Program-made: the position numbers and the translations under genes
The notes under the pieces: generated by a model
Seen by the model: the letters and a program-made list of their open reading frames with translations, nothing else
Told to the model about the DNA's origin: nothing
Databases searched by the model: none
Shown here: one piece after another, positions 12,201 through 23,590 of the stretch
Layout of the letters: every line of letters begins with the position of its first letter
Numbering within the stretch: position 1 is the first letter of the stretch
Source: Macrostomum lignano
Taxonomy: Eukaryota
Direction: 5' to 3'
DNA length: 64,000 bases
Assembly: GCA_002269645.1 (NCBI GenBank)
Contig: NIVC01000527.1
Coordinates: forward strand, 372,001-436,000

Positions 12201-14530
12201 TCAAGAGTCAGCAGTTGATCAAGAGTCGGCAGTTGATCAAGAGTCAGCTGTTGATGAAGAGTCAGCTGTTGATCAAGAGTCAGCAGTTGATCAAGAGTCA
12301 GCAGTTGATCAAGAGTCGGCAGTTGATCAAGAGTCAGCAGTTGATCAAGAGTCAGCAGTTGATCAAGAGTCAGCAGTTGATCAAGAGTCGGCAGTTGATC
12401 AAGAGTCAGCAGTTGATCAAGAGTCGGCAGTTGATCAAGAGTCAGCAGTTGATCAAGAGTCGGCAGTTGATCAAGAGTCAGCTGTTGATCAAGAGTCAGC
12501 AGTTGATCAAGAGTCAGCAGTTGATCAAGAGTCAGCAGTTGATCAAGAGTCAGCAGTTGATCAAGAGTCGGCAGTTGATCAAGAGTCAGCAGTTGATCAA
12601 GAGTCGGCAGTTGATCAAGAGTCAGCAGTTGATCAAGAGTCGGCAGTTGATCAAGAGTCAGCAGTTGATCAAGAGTCGGCAGTTGATCAAGAGTCAGCTG
12701 TTGATCAAGAGTCAGCAGTTGATCAAGAGTCAGCAGTTGATCAAGAGTCAGCTGTTGATCAAGAGTCAGCAGTTGATCAAGAGTCAGCTGTTGATCAAGA
12801 GTCAGCAGTTGATCAAGAGTCAGCAGTTGATCAAGAGTCGGCAGTTGATCAAGAGTCAGCAGTTGATCAAGAGTCGGCAGTTGATCAAGAGTCAGCAGTT
12901 GATCAAGAGTCAGCAGTTGATCAAGAGTCAGCAGTTGATCAAGAGTCGGCAGTTGATCAAGAGTCAGCAGTTGATCAAGAGTCGGCAGTTGATCAAGAGT
13001 CAGCAGTTGATCAAGAGTCAGCTGTTGATCAAGAGTCAGCAGTTGATCAAGAGTCAGCAGTTGATCAAGAGTCAGCAGTTGATCAAGAGTCAGCAGTTGA
13101 TCAAGAGTCAGCAGTTGATCAAGAGTCGGCAGTTGATCAAGAGTCAGCAGTTGATCAAGAGTCAGCAGTTGATCAAGAGTCAGCTGTTGATCAAGAGTCA
13201 GCAGTTGATCAAGAGTCAGCAGTTGATCAAGAGTCGGCAGTTGATCAAGAGTCAGCAGTTGATCAAGAGTCGGCAGTTGATCAAGAGTCAGCTGTTGATG
13301 AAGAGTCAGCTGTTGATCAAGAGTCAGCAGTTGATCAAGAGTCAGCAGTTGATCAAGAGTCGGCAGTTGATCAAGAGTCAGCAGTTGATCAAGAGTCAGC
13401 AGTTGATCAAGAGTCAGCAGTTGATCAAGAGTCGGCAGTTGATCAAGAGTCAGCAGTTGATCAAGAGTCGGCAGTTGATCAAGAGTCAGCAGTTGATCAA
13501 GAGTCGGCAGTTGATCAAGAGTCAGCTGTTGATCAAGAGTCAGCAGTTGATCAAGAGTCAGCAGTTGATCAAGAGTCGGCAGTTGATCAAGAGTCAGCAG
13601 TTGATCAAGAGTCGGCAGTTGATCAAGAGTCAGCAGTTGATCAAGAGTCAGCAGTTGATCAAGAGTCAGCTGTTGATCAAGAGTCAGCAGTTGATCAAGA
13701 GTCAGCAGTTGATCAAGAGTCGGCAGTTGATCAAGAGTCAGCAGTTGATCAAGAGTCGGCAGTTGATCAAGAGTCAGCTGTTGATGAAGAGTCAGCTGTT
13801 GATGAAGAGTCAGCTGTTGATCAAGAGTCAGCTGTTGATCAAGAGTCAGCAGTTGATCAAGAGTCAGCAGTTGATCAAGAGTCGGCAGTTGATCAAGAGT
13901 CAGCTGTTGATCAAGAGTCAGCAGTTGATCAAGAGTCAGCAGTTGATCAAGAGTCAGCAGTTGATCAAGAGTCAGCAGTTGATCAAGAGTGTAAGAAAAA
14001 AAATCTGACTTACAATGCAGGCTGCTCATAAGCGGTGGGGCCAGGACTCGGATCTGTAATGTTTGATCGGAGATATGCACAAAACATTGCAGAAGACTGT
14101 AATGTATTTTCGGAAGAAATTTTTTCTATTTCCATTTCCGAATTTTTAGCTATAGTGTAAGAATGAATTAAGCACTAAAGGTACTTTTTTCCTTTGTTAG
14201 AGTTGGAAAATGCACCCAGCCAGTCTCCTTACCATTTCTTTTCTCCTTCACTTGCAGTTCTTCGCTCTTTTCACTATTGACAACATCCCATAGCTGTTTT
14301 TCGATTGCCTCAACGCTTTTGACCTTTGGCTCATTATCTGGCGATATGTATCGCTGGTACAAGGCTTCTATAATGGCTATGGGATTTTCTTCAGCTAAAT
14401 TTCTCTTTTGCTCCTTCGGCGACTCCGGCTGCCAGTCGGCTCCATCGCTAGTGAACTGCAAGTTGTTCATTTGCTGGATCAGCTGGCTCCCAGATGAGGA
14501 AGTCTGGACACTTGTGGCCGCGGCAAGCAT
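9226..14530 (-). CDS. Four-exon gene, 272-aa protein with degenerate ankyrin-like repeats in its C-terminal half
   Basis: Exons (minus) 14530-14233, 14053-14014, 11470-11157, 9392-9226 join with canonical GT-AG sites and matching phases (1,2,1), giving 819 nt in one frame. Segments GGDAVTAAHVNLL, NCDNQTALMILANRQD and GDGDSLLGPLVESA...IFRHLLEK resemble ankyrin repeats. The family assignment is tentative. Confidence 0.65.
9925..10612. repeat. Minisatellite, 22-bp unit (GGCACTCTATCAAACACAATCC), about 31 copies, in intron 3 of the minus-strand gene
   Basis: Near-perfect tandem array. Two CTAG variant units near the left end. Confidence 0.97.
11552..13990. repeat. Minisatellite, 18-bp unit (GATCAAGAGTCAGCAGTT), about 135 copies, in intron 2 of the minus-strand gene
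   Basis: Direct tandem periodicity. Variants are TCG/TCA, GCT/GCA and rare GAA/CAA. The unit contains the palindrome TTGATCAA. Confidence 0.98.
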
Positions 14531-16684
14531 TTTTATCTTGTTGTCCTTTTTAGTTTATAATATTCACTGATTATTTAATTCGCTGAAAAGGTTGTTCACT
14601 CAATTTGTACTAAAGCTGCATTTTATAAAAAATAATAACAAATTGATAATTCATTAATCAAAAAATATTCTAAAATATTTTAGTTTATTTCAAATTAAAT
14701 GGCAATTCCAATTCAAGCAGTTAAATTTAGATGTAACATTTCATTTTAAATTGTAAAAATTAATGCTGCCAAAATTGAAAAAAGTTAATTTTTTGTACTT
14801 TGTCAAATGCTATAGGCTATGATTATAAAATTCTGAAAGTGCTGACTGCAATAAAATGTGCCAGCAGACAAATGAATACTTTTTAAGCGACACAATTATT
14901 GCATTTCTATACCTATTTATTATTACAGTATAAATTTAGGATAAAATAAAAAACTTTGCTTCTTTAACAATCACACCAGTTACTTTTGGGGTTGCAAATT
15001 AATGATAACTTCAAATAAACTAGGCCTATTTAACACAGAAACTACAGTTTAAACAAACAAAAAACCTGCCTATCCATTATTCTGAAATTATTTTTTTTTG
15101 ATCTCCAGCATTTTTTCGATAGATTATTTATAGACTTACAAGATTCAGTAGTGCAAAGACTAAAGAGTGAGCTTGAGATTCCTTTAGGAAGACAGGGATG
15201 AAGAGAATAGAGTCGAAGTTAATTAGTATCACTTAATTGCTAAATTAATTTAATTGTTAAGTCACTTCCGTATACTAAGTTCTACCTTCGATCTCCGTTT
15301 CGTATAAGTTTAAATTTTTATCTTTGGATTTTTCCTTGGACTCAGTGAAGTGAGAACGGTTTCACCCAAATTTAAAATAGCTAAATTATTAACCGTGGTT
15401 CGAAACTTTAATTAAAAGCTTTCAAATCCATATTTTAGTAAAGCTAAAGAGAAAAGATTCTTTGAATGACTTCACATAGAGTTGCACAGACTTTTTAAAG
15501 AGTTGTGATCTTTACTTTGTTATTATTCAACTAAAAAGAACGACAAAAGTATAATTCCACACAGCGTTTGGCTCTTTTGTATTTTACAATTTCTTTAAAA
15601 AACTAAAATAAGTGAAATTTTCTATTATAGTACATGTACATAATTTTTTGTAATGAAATGATGTAACTGAAATTGTGCTCTTAAATTTTCGCATAAAATC
15701 GAACTACACCGCAGAAATTCACTAAGTGATGCATTTTTTACATGGCGTTTATTATTTAATCCTGTCCTTCTAATCGTTTTTGAGATTTTTTTGAGAAAAA
15801 AACAGAGCAATATAGAGAGATTTAGATATTCGTGACTTGTCAAGAAAATTTGTAATTGATTAATCTTTTAGCTACTGTTCTATCTCTTAACATATATGCA
15901 TGTACAAAGTACATTCGATGTATGCACTAAAAAAAATCCAACGAAAATCCGGATTTAATCTGGCACTGCATCTGTCAGCCAGTAGCTTTGATTACAAGAC
16001 TTGAAGACTCTCAACCTCGCAGGCTCAAGGCCTAGCGATCGGCTACAGCTGTAGCTACGGTGTGCATGTACATGTACGTGGGTTGGACATGCAGACCAGA
16101 TAGTCCGTCCGTTGCATTTATTTCTCAAATATCCTTTTGAATAGCTTTAAGACAGGCCAAACACTGCAGTTCTTACCCGAACTCCGGTAGGCAGGCGCAA
16201 TCTTTCTCCTGTTCTCCGCTCGGTGTAAGTCCGGTGCAGCTAGGTTATATTCTTGCTGTCATTTTCAGTGTTCCAAAATATCATTTTAGAACGATGGAGC
16301 TATAGTGTCTCAAACCTTGAAACCTTTCTCGCTTTGGCAATTAGCATGAACTTCTACTACCTCTTTATGCTTACGCACTTATATTTAGACTTTTGCCATG
16401 GACATTCGTGTCTTAATATCTGTCATTCCACCCGCGGCAATACATGTAGCATGACGTAGCATGTAAAACGATTCTCCTGAATTGCTGAGCCAGCAGAATG
16501 CATGCAGCGACTCAGGCAAACACGAAATTCAAGAAAAGACGGGCCAAGCTAACTTATATTGTTGTGTTCCTTCTCAAGCACCCCTCCAGTCGACCTTCAA
16601 GATATTCAACGATTCCGCCAGAATATCTTTTACAAGCTAGTGAATTTAGTACCACTCTGTGCGCCTCAGTACAGCCCTGCTAAG

Positions 16685-16944
16685 CCTTCAAATTTCATCC
16701 GCACATCGACTGCATGCACTTTGGTGGTCACTGGCCTTCCAACTATATGCCGCGGAGCTTCTGGACCTTCAACAGAAACCACCTGGTCCTGGCCCTCAAC
16801 GTCAACGCAGCCAACGTGAGACCGAGCTGCAACTAAAAGCTGCTGAATTCTGATTCACTCTTGTCTCATCAGGTCGGTCGTCAGTGTTCAGAAGTGAAAT
16901 CATTCCAATTTCGGGTTTGCCATGGCGTGACCGTGGCTGATTAA
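16685..16944 (+). CDS. Probable last two exons of a small uncharacterised gene (…FKFHPHIDCMHFGGHWPSNYMPRSFWTFNRNHLVLALNVNAAN / VGRQCSEVKSFQFRVCHGVTVAD*)
   Basis: Exon 16685-16815 (AG...GTGAGA) has strongly C-ending codons and joins in phase 0 to 16873-16944 ending in TAA. Upstream exons (16347-16640) could not be resolved unambiguously. Confidence 0.35.
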
Positions 16945-19233
16945 GTTTCAGATCAATTTTTCATTATCGGCGACAATCTATTCTTCATGTGGCCGCATGC
17001 TGAGAGACATGCAATTTGTAGCTGCAAGAAAACCGAGTCGCATGTATTCATTAAAATTGTGATAAACGCAAGCAACTCTAACAAATCTGAGATTTTTCAG
17101 AGGCCATCTGACTTAAAACAATTAAATTCTAGGCAACAGTTTTGAGAATGCCTATGAGACTCGGCACAATATCCTTCATTTTCTACTGCGTTTAGACATG
17201 AAATTTGAGAGTTGATACCGGTAGCACAGAGAATCAACGATCATTTTCCTACTTTAAGTAGTGCTTACGCAAGTTCTTCATCTAAAAGCATGCCGAGGTT
17301 ATAACAAAGCAGCAGAGGTTGGATATTCCTAAGGGCTGATCTCAGATGAATTTTTGCGAAGACCAGACAATTAAGGTTCCTATCTAGTCGAAAAACTTTT
17401 ATTAGAAATAAGCTTTTGAAATAAATATTCAACTGTCCATTGAAAGCGATCCTGACACGTCCAGATGCAATGGTGTAACTTCGAGTGGTCGTTGTTAGTC
17501 CATGAAGCGGCAAAAAGGAACTGATCCCAAACCGATCCCAAAGGGTGACACAGCTTCGTCTTCGCCGTTGCCTGCTGTTGTAAGCAGTTTGCATACTGTC
17601 CAGCTGCCCTGTGACCATTTAGCTGAAATCAATTTAATCTGCATTGGTCCGCTATGCTGTACTCAGAGGCGTAGACAGGTGGTCAACAAACAACAATCTG
17701 AAGCTGTCCGATTAATTACTAAATAAGGAGTAACTAATGCGCTTGCTCAAGTAAAATGATTTCACTCGAAAGATTCAAGTTTCACTGCTGCATTGCAATG
17801 AACAATCGCGCTTGGTAGAACTATAGAGGCTTTGCGCATAGCAACTGCTCTCCCTGCATTATTGACTCCACCCGGCAGTCATTTAACCAGCGGCCTTCTA
17901 TTCGTACATGTATATTGCAATCGATTGAGTTTCTCGTTTGCCCTATTTCCATGTGCGCAGTTTAGCTGCAGCAAGGTATATACTCAAGCATGTAAGTGCA
18001 CTGATACAGTTTGTTTTATGCGAACGTAAGGCCAATACTCAGTGCCTGCTGGGGTTAATATTCTTTTATTTCTTTTGGTTGCATTTATGCAAATTCTCTC
18101 TTTAAAGTTAACGCCTCAATAGTCAGAAGCAGTCGCAATTCGCGAAAAAATACAAAGCTGTTCTGAGGAATTCGGCTGAGCTTCCTGGTCACGGGGACCG
18201 GCTAGCGTTTTACATGTAGACTCGGGACCGCAGGGTTCGGCTTGAAGGTTGAAACGCGAGAGCGGAAATCGCTTCTTTTGCATATGCAGCATAATGTTTC
18301 GATGCAGTCTTATGCGTTGGGCTCTCTTGCGCACACGCATGCTATCGAACTGAGCGGCCAGTGAAAGAGAAAATTCTAATCCAATTTCTAAGGCGATTCG
18401 CTCTGCCCACTGTTTCAGCCCTGAGCACACAATCATTGCATACTTGGCCTGGTTGTCTGAGATTTTTGGCTTCCTGGCCCTGCCTTCTATTCTGGCCGTC
18501 TTTCCGTGTCTTCTGTCTGTCTGTATTTGCGCACGCACGATCTATAGGTAAGGTTTAAAGCTCAGGGGGGTTGGCGATTAAAAGTAAGGGGCCAAGCTCA
18601 AGCCCGCGGACAATTTGTGTGAACCCTTGCGCTTCGCCCTCTCTGTGCTGCCTTTCGGCGCCTATTGGTTAGCACTGCATGGGGTTGGCAGCCGCACGAC
18701 TATGTAAAGCGACGACCCACCCCAACTTTCGTCTGGCAAGTTATTCTTCCACTCATCAACTGTCGCACTCGTCTAGCTTTTCCAATCGCAAAGTAGAGCT
18801 GACAATTGTAAGAACCGAGGACAAGCTTGTACAACAATCTTCAAGAATATAGTCTTGCCCGAAGCGTGCTGTTGTTCTCACCGATAGAATAATACGGTAC
18901 AAACGCTGCGCAGCAGCAGACAGTGTCCAAATCAGACAGAATTTTCAACTGCTCAGGAATTTTAACCTCGCGTCTGGTGTGACTCACTGTGAAGCGAAGC
19001 CGCAACTCTGTCACAAAAGAAATTCTGCAATCTAGGACGAGAACAGACGAGTGCTTGTGCAACGTGTGCTTTAAATTACCCCTTAGGCGTGGCAATAGAC
19101 GCCTTAAAACCATATCATCAGGGAGAGTTTAAAACCCTCGACAAAATGCAAGTAGGGGCGAGAGTAGCTCCGCACGGTAAGCGCGCACCTTAGAGCATGG
19201 TACAGCAGTGCTCTCTATAGTCTGCCGAACGAA

Positions 19234-21675
19234 ATGCTGCATCTGTACTATCAAGACTTTCTCGGAGTGCACTTGAATGGACGAAAGAACGCCTCCAGCG
19301 ATAGTCAAGAGCGGTTAGCTGCGCAGGAGCGTCTGGCAGCCCAGTGTGACACTAGCGCCGTCGATCAGCTCAACGAGGCTTTCTGCCGGTCCGAGCAGTG
19401 TCAGCACTGTCAGTTGATTGGCGAGGTGCGCGACTTTTCTGACTGGCGTGCCAAGGCTCTGAAAGAGCTAGCCCAGCACAACTCCGTGGTCAACTGTTGG
19501 GTGCACATCCTCGCCGCTCCAATTGACTGGAAGACTGTCCGGTACGATCCCTGTCTGTGCCCGTTTGCGTTCGGCTACTGGGGCCTGAGATGGCAGCCGT
19601 CAAATGTGGAAGCAGCCTGTCTGCTGATGGCCCAGTCGTTTGCGGTTGGCGTCGACGTTCATTTGAGACTATCAAACTCAGCCTCGCTCATTCCGTGCCA
19701 TTCGTTTCTGCTCCATGACTTCATTCGACTATATAAGCATCGCTCCTGGCCACAGGACAGCAAAAGCCAGCTGCTAAAGGAGAATGGAAAGCTTATACTT
19801 CAGCTCAACTACAAGTATTACTCGTTAGAGATTCTCCAGTTTGTATTATACTCGGCTTACGGATACATAATCAACCTCAGCGCAGAGGAAATCACAAGTC
19901 AGACATTCACTTTGCTGAAGTCGGTAGTGCAGCATTTCACAGGGGAGCCTAGATCAATCTGCAGGCACCTTGTTGACATTCCTGGCCTCCTTACAAACCT
20001 CATTGTGCTGCTCGATCGACTGGTTCGGCGATTAGATTTTTCAGACCCAGCGCTCTGTCAGCTGATTCCCGACATGGTCAGTCTGTTCCGAGTGAATCGC
20101 CTGTTTGATGAGCTCCGACAGAAGTTACTTGGCAGGTTGTACTCGGAAGCGAAAGCCCGTCTAGAGGACGGTGTCGCAGATGTTTCGATCTTGCGGCGAC
20201 TTCACCAGCCGGAGCGCTGCCACGAAGGCGACTGCATTTATCTGGACGTGGCGGTTAATCTCTTTAAAAATCAGGTACTGCGCCTCCAGCCGGTAGAAAA
20301 CGGAGGTCTAACCACATTGGAAGCAAGTCTGCAAGCTTATCTGTCCGATCTCGTAGATTTGTACGAGATTAATAAATCTGAAGCGATGATAAAGGCGACT
20401 CGGGATCTGCGATGTGTCGCGGGAATTTTGTGCCTCTTGGGCCCAACTTGTTCTGGCAGCGTTTCCAGTTTTCAAAGCTTTCTAACTCACGTGCTAGACA
20501 CATTGATGCTGCTTTTATGCGACCAGATTGTGCTAAACTTCAGCGAGGTTTTGCTGATTCACAACGCCAGATTTTCTAAGCGAGTCGCCTTTCAGTCCCA
20601 TCTGAGTCTTATTAGGCACCACAATATGCCTGACAACACATTTTGGAATCCGGTAGCCACCGCGAGCAAACAGAGAGGACTCGAATTGGTACTCGTGCAC
20701 TTCAGATTTGCAGTATCTTCCGCCCAAGCAATCATTCATCTAACGAAGCGTCTAAGGCATTCGGGCTCTGCCGACTTTACTGATATCGATCTCGATCTGC
20801 TGAACGGATTTTACAAAGAGCTGAGCAGCTCCGAACTATCCGACATCGTAGGATATCAAACTCTGGCCCGAGGCGTCGAGCAGTTACAACAGGCTGTTGC
20901 CAATGTGAGCGCACGCGACATGAGAAGCATCGCCTACGCTTCGTACTCAACAGTACGCATGCCGCGCATGCGGTTGGTTGCACAAACCGTAGCTTTGCTG
21001 AGCGACACCGCTGCCTCTCAACATAATATTGAGAAGCTGCTCGCGTCTGAAGTCAACCAGGCGTCAGAGGGTCGGCAAATTCTGTGCACGGAAGAGGCGC
21101 TGAAACGCCTGGTCCGAGAGCTCAACCCCGTACAGTTCTTCGCGAGACTGCAGCACAACACGGAACTGTGGAATCGACTCGAATCGTTCGACGCGTCGTC
21201 CAACTGTAGCTTCAGCGCAATCACCGCGAAACCGCAGCAGCACCAACCTGCCTGCCCCGATCATGGCTCCTACCATCAGGCATGCCTTCTGTGGGCCTGG
21301 TTCCGCTCGGTCGTGTCAGCAGTTGCCGTTCTCCGCCGGACCAGCCGCGTGTTCGCCTCACCGGACGCAGTTCGAGGCAGCGTAGAGCGCTTCATCGCCG
21401 TCAATGCGGACTTCTTTGAAGCGCACGCTGGCGACCTGCTGGAGAGTGGCGAGATGGAGCCGGCGCTCCACGACCTGCTGACCGACTTGCTAACCAAGAT
21501 TCGGCAGCGCAGACGAAGGGTCCAAGCCCTATCGCGTTTACCGCCACCGCCCGGGGCGGCTGCCCCAGGCCAGTCAGAGGTGGGTTCCGCAACAGCGGCC
21601 AGTGTAAATGGTTTGTCATTCGAATTGAGACTTCTGCCCAGCCTGTGCTTTCATTTTGTACAGCAGAAAGCTTAA
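19234..21675 (+). CDS. 813-aa largely helical protein with a BTB/POZ-like segment near the N-terminus
   Basis: 2.4-kb uninterrupted non-repetitive ORF. DVHLRLSNSASLIPCHSFLL and LEILQFVLYSAYGYIINLSAEEI match the BTB pattern (DV.L...F.CH+.vL ... F..LL.Y.Y.G.I.LS.E.V). An acceptor at 19219-20 precedes it, so the true start or end may involve extra exons. Confidence 0.7.
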   Translation: MLHLYYQDFLGVHLNGRKNASSDSQERLAAQERLAAQCDTSAVDQLNEAFCRSEQCQHCQLIGEVRDFSDWRAKALKELAQHNSVVNCWVHILAAPIDWKTVRYDPCLCPFAFGYWGLRWQPSNVEAACLLMAQSFAVGVDVHLRLSNSASLIPCHSFLLHDFIRLYKHRSWPQDSKSQLLKENGKLILQLNYKYYSLEILQFVLYSAYGYIINLSAEEITSQTFTLLKSVVQHFTGEPRSICRHLVDIPGLLTNLIVLLDRLVRRLDFSDPALCQLIPDMVSLFRVNRLFDELRQKLLGRLYSEAKARLEDGVADVSILRRLHQPERCHEGDCIYLDVAVNLFKNQVLRLQPVENGGLTTLEASLQAYLSDLVDLYEINKSEAMIKATRDLRCVAGILCLLGPTCSGSVSSFQSFLTHVLDTLMLLLCDQIVLNFSEVLLIHNARFSKRVAFQSHLSLIRHHNMPDNTFWNPVATASKQRGLELVLVHFRFAVSSAQAIIHLTKRLRHSGSADFTDIDLDLLNGFYKELSSSELSDIVGYQTLARGVEQLQQAVANVSARDMRSIAYASYSTVRMPRMRLVAQTVALLSDTAASQHNIEKLLASEVNQASEGRQILCTEEALKRLVRELNPVQFFARLQHNTELWNRLESFDASSNCSFSAITAKPQQHQPACPDHGSYHQACLLWAWFRSVVSAVAVLRRTSRVFASPDAVRGSVERFIAVNADFFEAHAGDLLESGEMEPALHDLLTDLLTKIRQRRRRVQALSRLPPPPGAAAPGQSEVGSATAASVNGLSFELRLLPSLCFHFVQQKA

Positions 21676-23180
21676 TCCGCTATTCTAGCGAACTATTGCA
21701 GGACATTTCAATCTCAATGCTACTGCTACTTGGTTTCATACTGTGCAGAGTTTTTAGATTGAAGTGGATAGAAGAGAGGGCACGTAAGACTCTGATTCGA
21801 TATACGCCATGCTAATCAAGAGAGAGAGATCAGTCTCGAGTTTGCATCAGTCCACAGGAAAACTAGTACATAGTTGTTTCAGTTGGATTTCCTTCACTAT
21901 CTAAGGAAATGTTTTACTCAGATTCCAAATTATCAGCGGCTTTAACGGCACAGACAGTCATGAAAATAAGTCACTATCAGTTTCTTGATGTCGTACAGTT
22001 GACGTCATTTTTATCCAATTAGAGTTATAATTGCGCCATTCATTTTTCTTTATGATAATACTGTAACAGCCGCTCACAATACAGCACCTCAATAATGAGC
22101 ACCATTACTCTCTGTGCAGTCTTTTTAAACTGGTCAATGTCACCATCTAACACTGCTGCAGTTTTTAATAAAAATCAAGTCATTTGCGTGCTTTGTTATA
22201 ATGATTTTATATATTCATATTGAACGCAACTACCATGTAATGAAAGTTGAATGCTGAACTCAGTGCGTCAAGTAAGGCTGCTTACTGTTCTGTCAGTGCT
22301 AAAAATTTTGTTTGAAATTATACCGTGTACTGAATTAATTTGAGGCTGGAAAATAAAACTAGGAAAAAATATTTTGACGTCCATCGCAAAGTGCCCAGTT
22401 CTAATTCTATTTATTTAGCTGCCTGCTGTGAGCTTCCGTTTCGCATTCAGGCTCTCATAGTTTGCCAGTTTGCTTTTTGCTGTCCGAGCCGAGCAAATAG
22501 TTATAAGCTTTAGCCAAATTTGGGGCAATAGTGAGCTGACTAGGGGTAAATATGCGTGGCAGCTCGCGGTTCATGCTGGAGCAGTAGCGCGTCTGAGTCA
22601 TGGACAGATAAATACGACTCTAATAGTGACATCAACTACTGTACGTACAATTGAGTGCGCTCATCTGCTTCATGGCACCTCAAGCTGTCTAGGCTAATTA
22701 TCTAATTATTTATCTAGGATAGTAGGTAAAATGCGTCAAAAACACCGCAGCAAGCATTCGGGCATCTGTTTCATTTATGGTCGCCCTGTTACTGATTGAG
22801 AGGCTTGTTTAAAAACATCATAAACCAGCATCTTTCTTCCAGGTGTTTGTTAAGAACGACATATTAACCAGCAAATATAAACATCTTAATTGTATGAAAA
22901 CTATTGTGTGATGCATTTTACTACTCACAGTAAGGTGTTAGTATAATTCGAAATATATTTTTATAAAATCATTTTAATTTTCACCAGCTGCATCTGCACT
23001 CAGCAACATTGAAAACCGCCGTCTCACAGCCTTGGCGAGAGCGATTGCACGACTTCAGCTCACTACACTGCGATGGTGCAAGTTTTTCCAACTCTCGCCC
23101 AGGCGCACTGGCTGAGACAGAATGTACTCTAACTGTGCACCGCTGACATTACATGTACTTTATATTTTAACATGTGCCAT

Positions 23181-23590
23181 GCAATAACAACAACAAATTA
23201 CGCAGCCTCGCAAGCAAACTCACAGAGCAGGGTGCGTCAGATGGGGCGCCGCAGAGCCTGAGAGCGAACGAAGTCCGCGCCTTTGGCAGTGTCAGGCGCC
23301 CCGGCGTCGCGTAGGAGGCAGTCCACGTATCGACGGGTTTAGGCTTGACCCCGCCTGAGCGGGCCCTGCAGGGTGAGCAGCAGGACGTCCTGAACAGGTT
23401 GGGGGCAGTAGCCTTCGGCCCGGATCACGTGGCCCGCCAGTTGAAGTCGCCGCCGGCGCAGGATGATGGACGGGCGCTGCTGCAGATCGTGCAGGGCCTC
23501 GGTCCCGACGCTCTCGTCAGCTCGAAAGGCCGCACGGAGCAGCCCTGAGTGCGCTGAGTCCAGCTGCCGCTCCAGCGTAGCCGTCAGCGT
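23181..23590 (-). mobile_element. 5'-truncated RTE-clade non-LTR retrotransposon (ORF2 C-terminus plus 3' UTR), with an in-frame stop
   Basis: Minus strand reads TLTATLERQLDSAHSGLLRAAF...SIILRRRRLQLAGHVIRAEGYCPQPVQDVLLLTLQGPLRRGQA*TRRYVDCLLRDAG, typical of the RTE ORF2 C-terminal region (RRL.LAGH..R ... G.R.RGR...YVD.L..D). It ends in a short (TTG)n tail. Confidence 0.75.

Noticed and set aside
17265-18558. Several 60-140-aa ORFs and isolated splice-like sites on both strands
   Set aside because: I could not assemble a phase-consistent gene model or recognise any domain.
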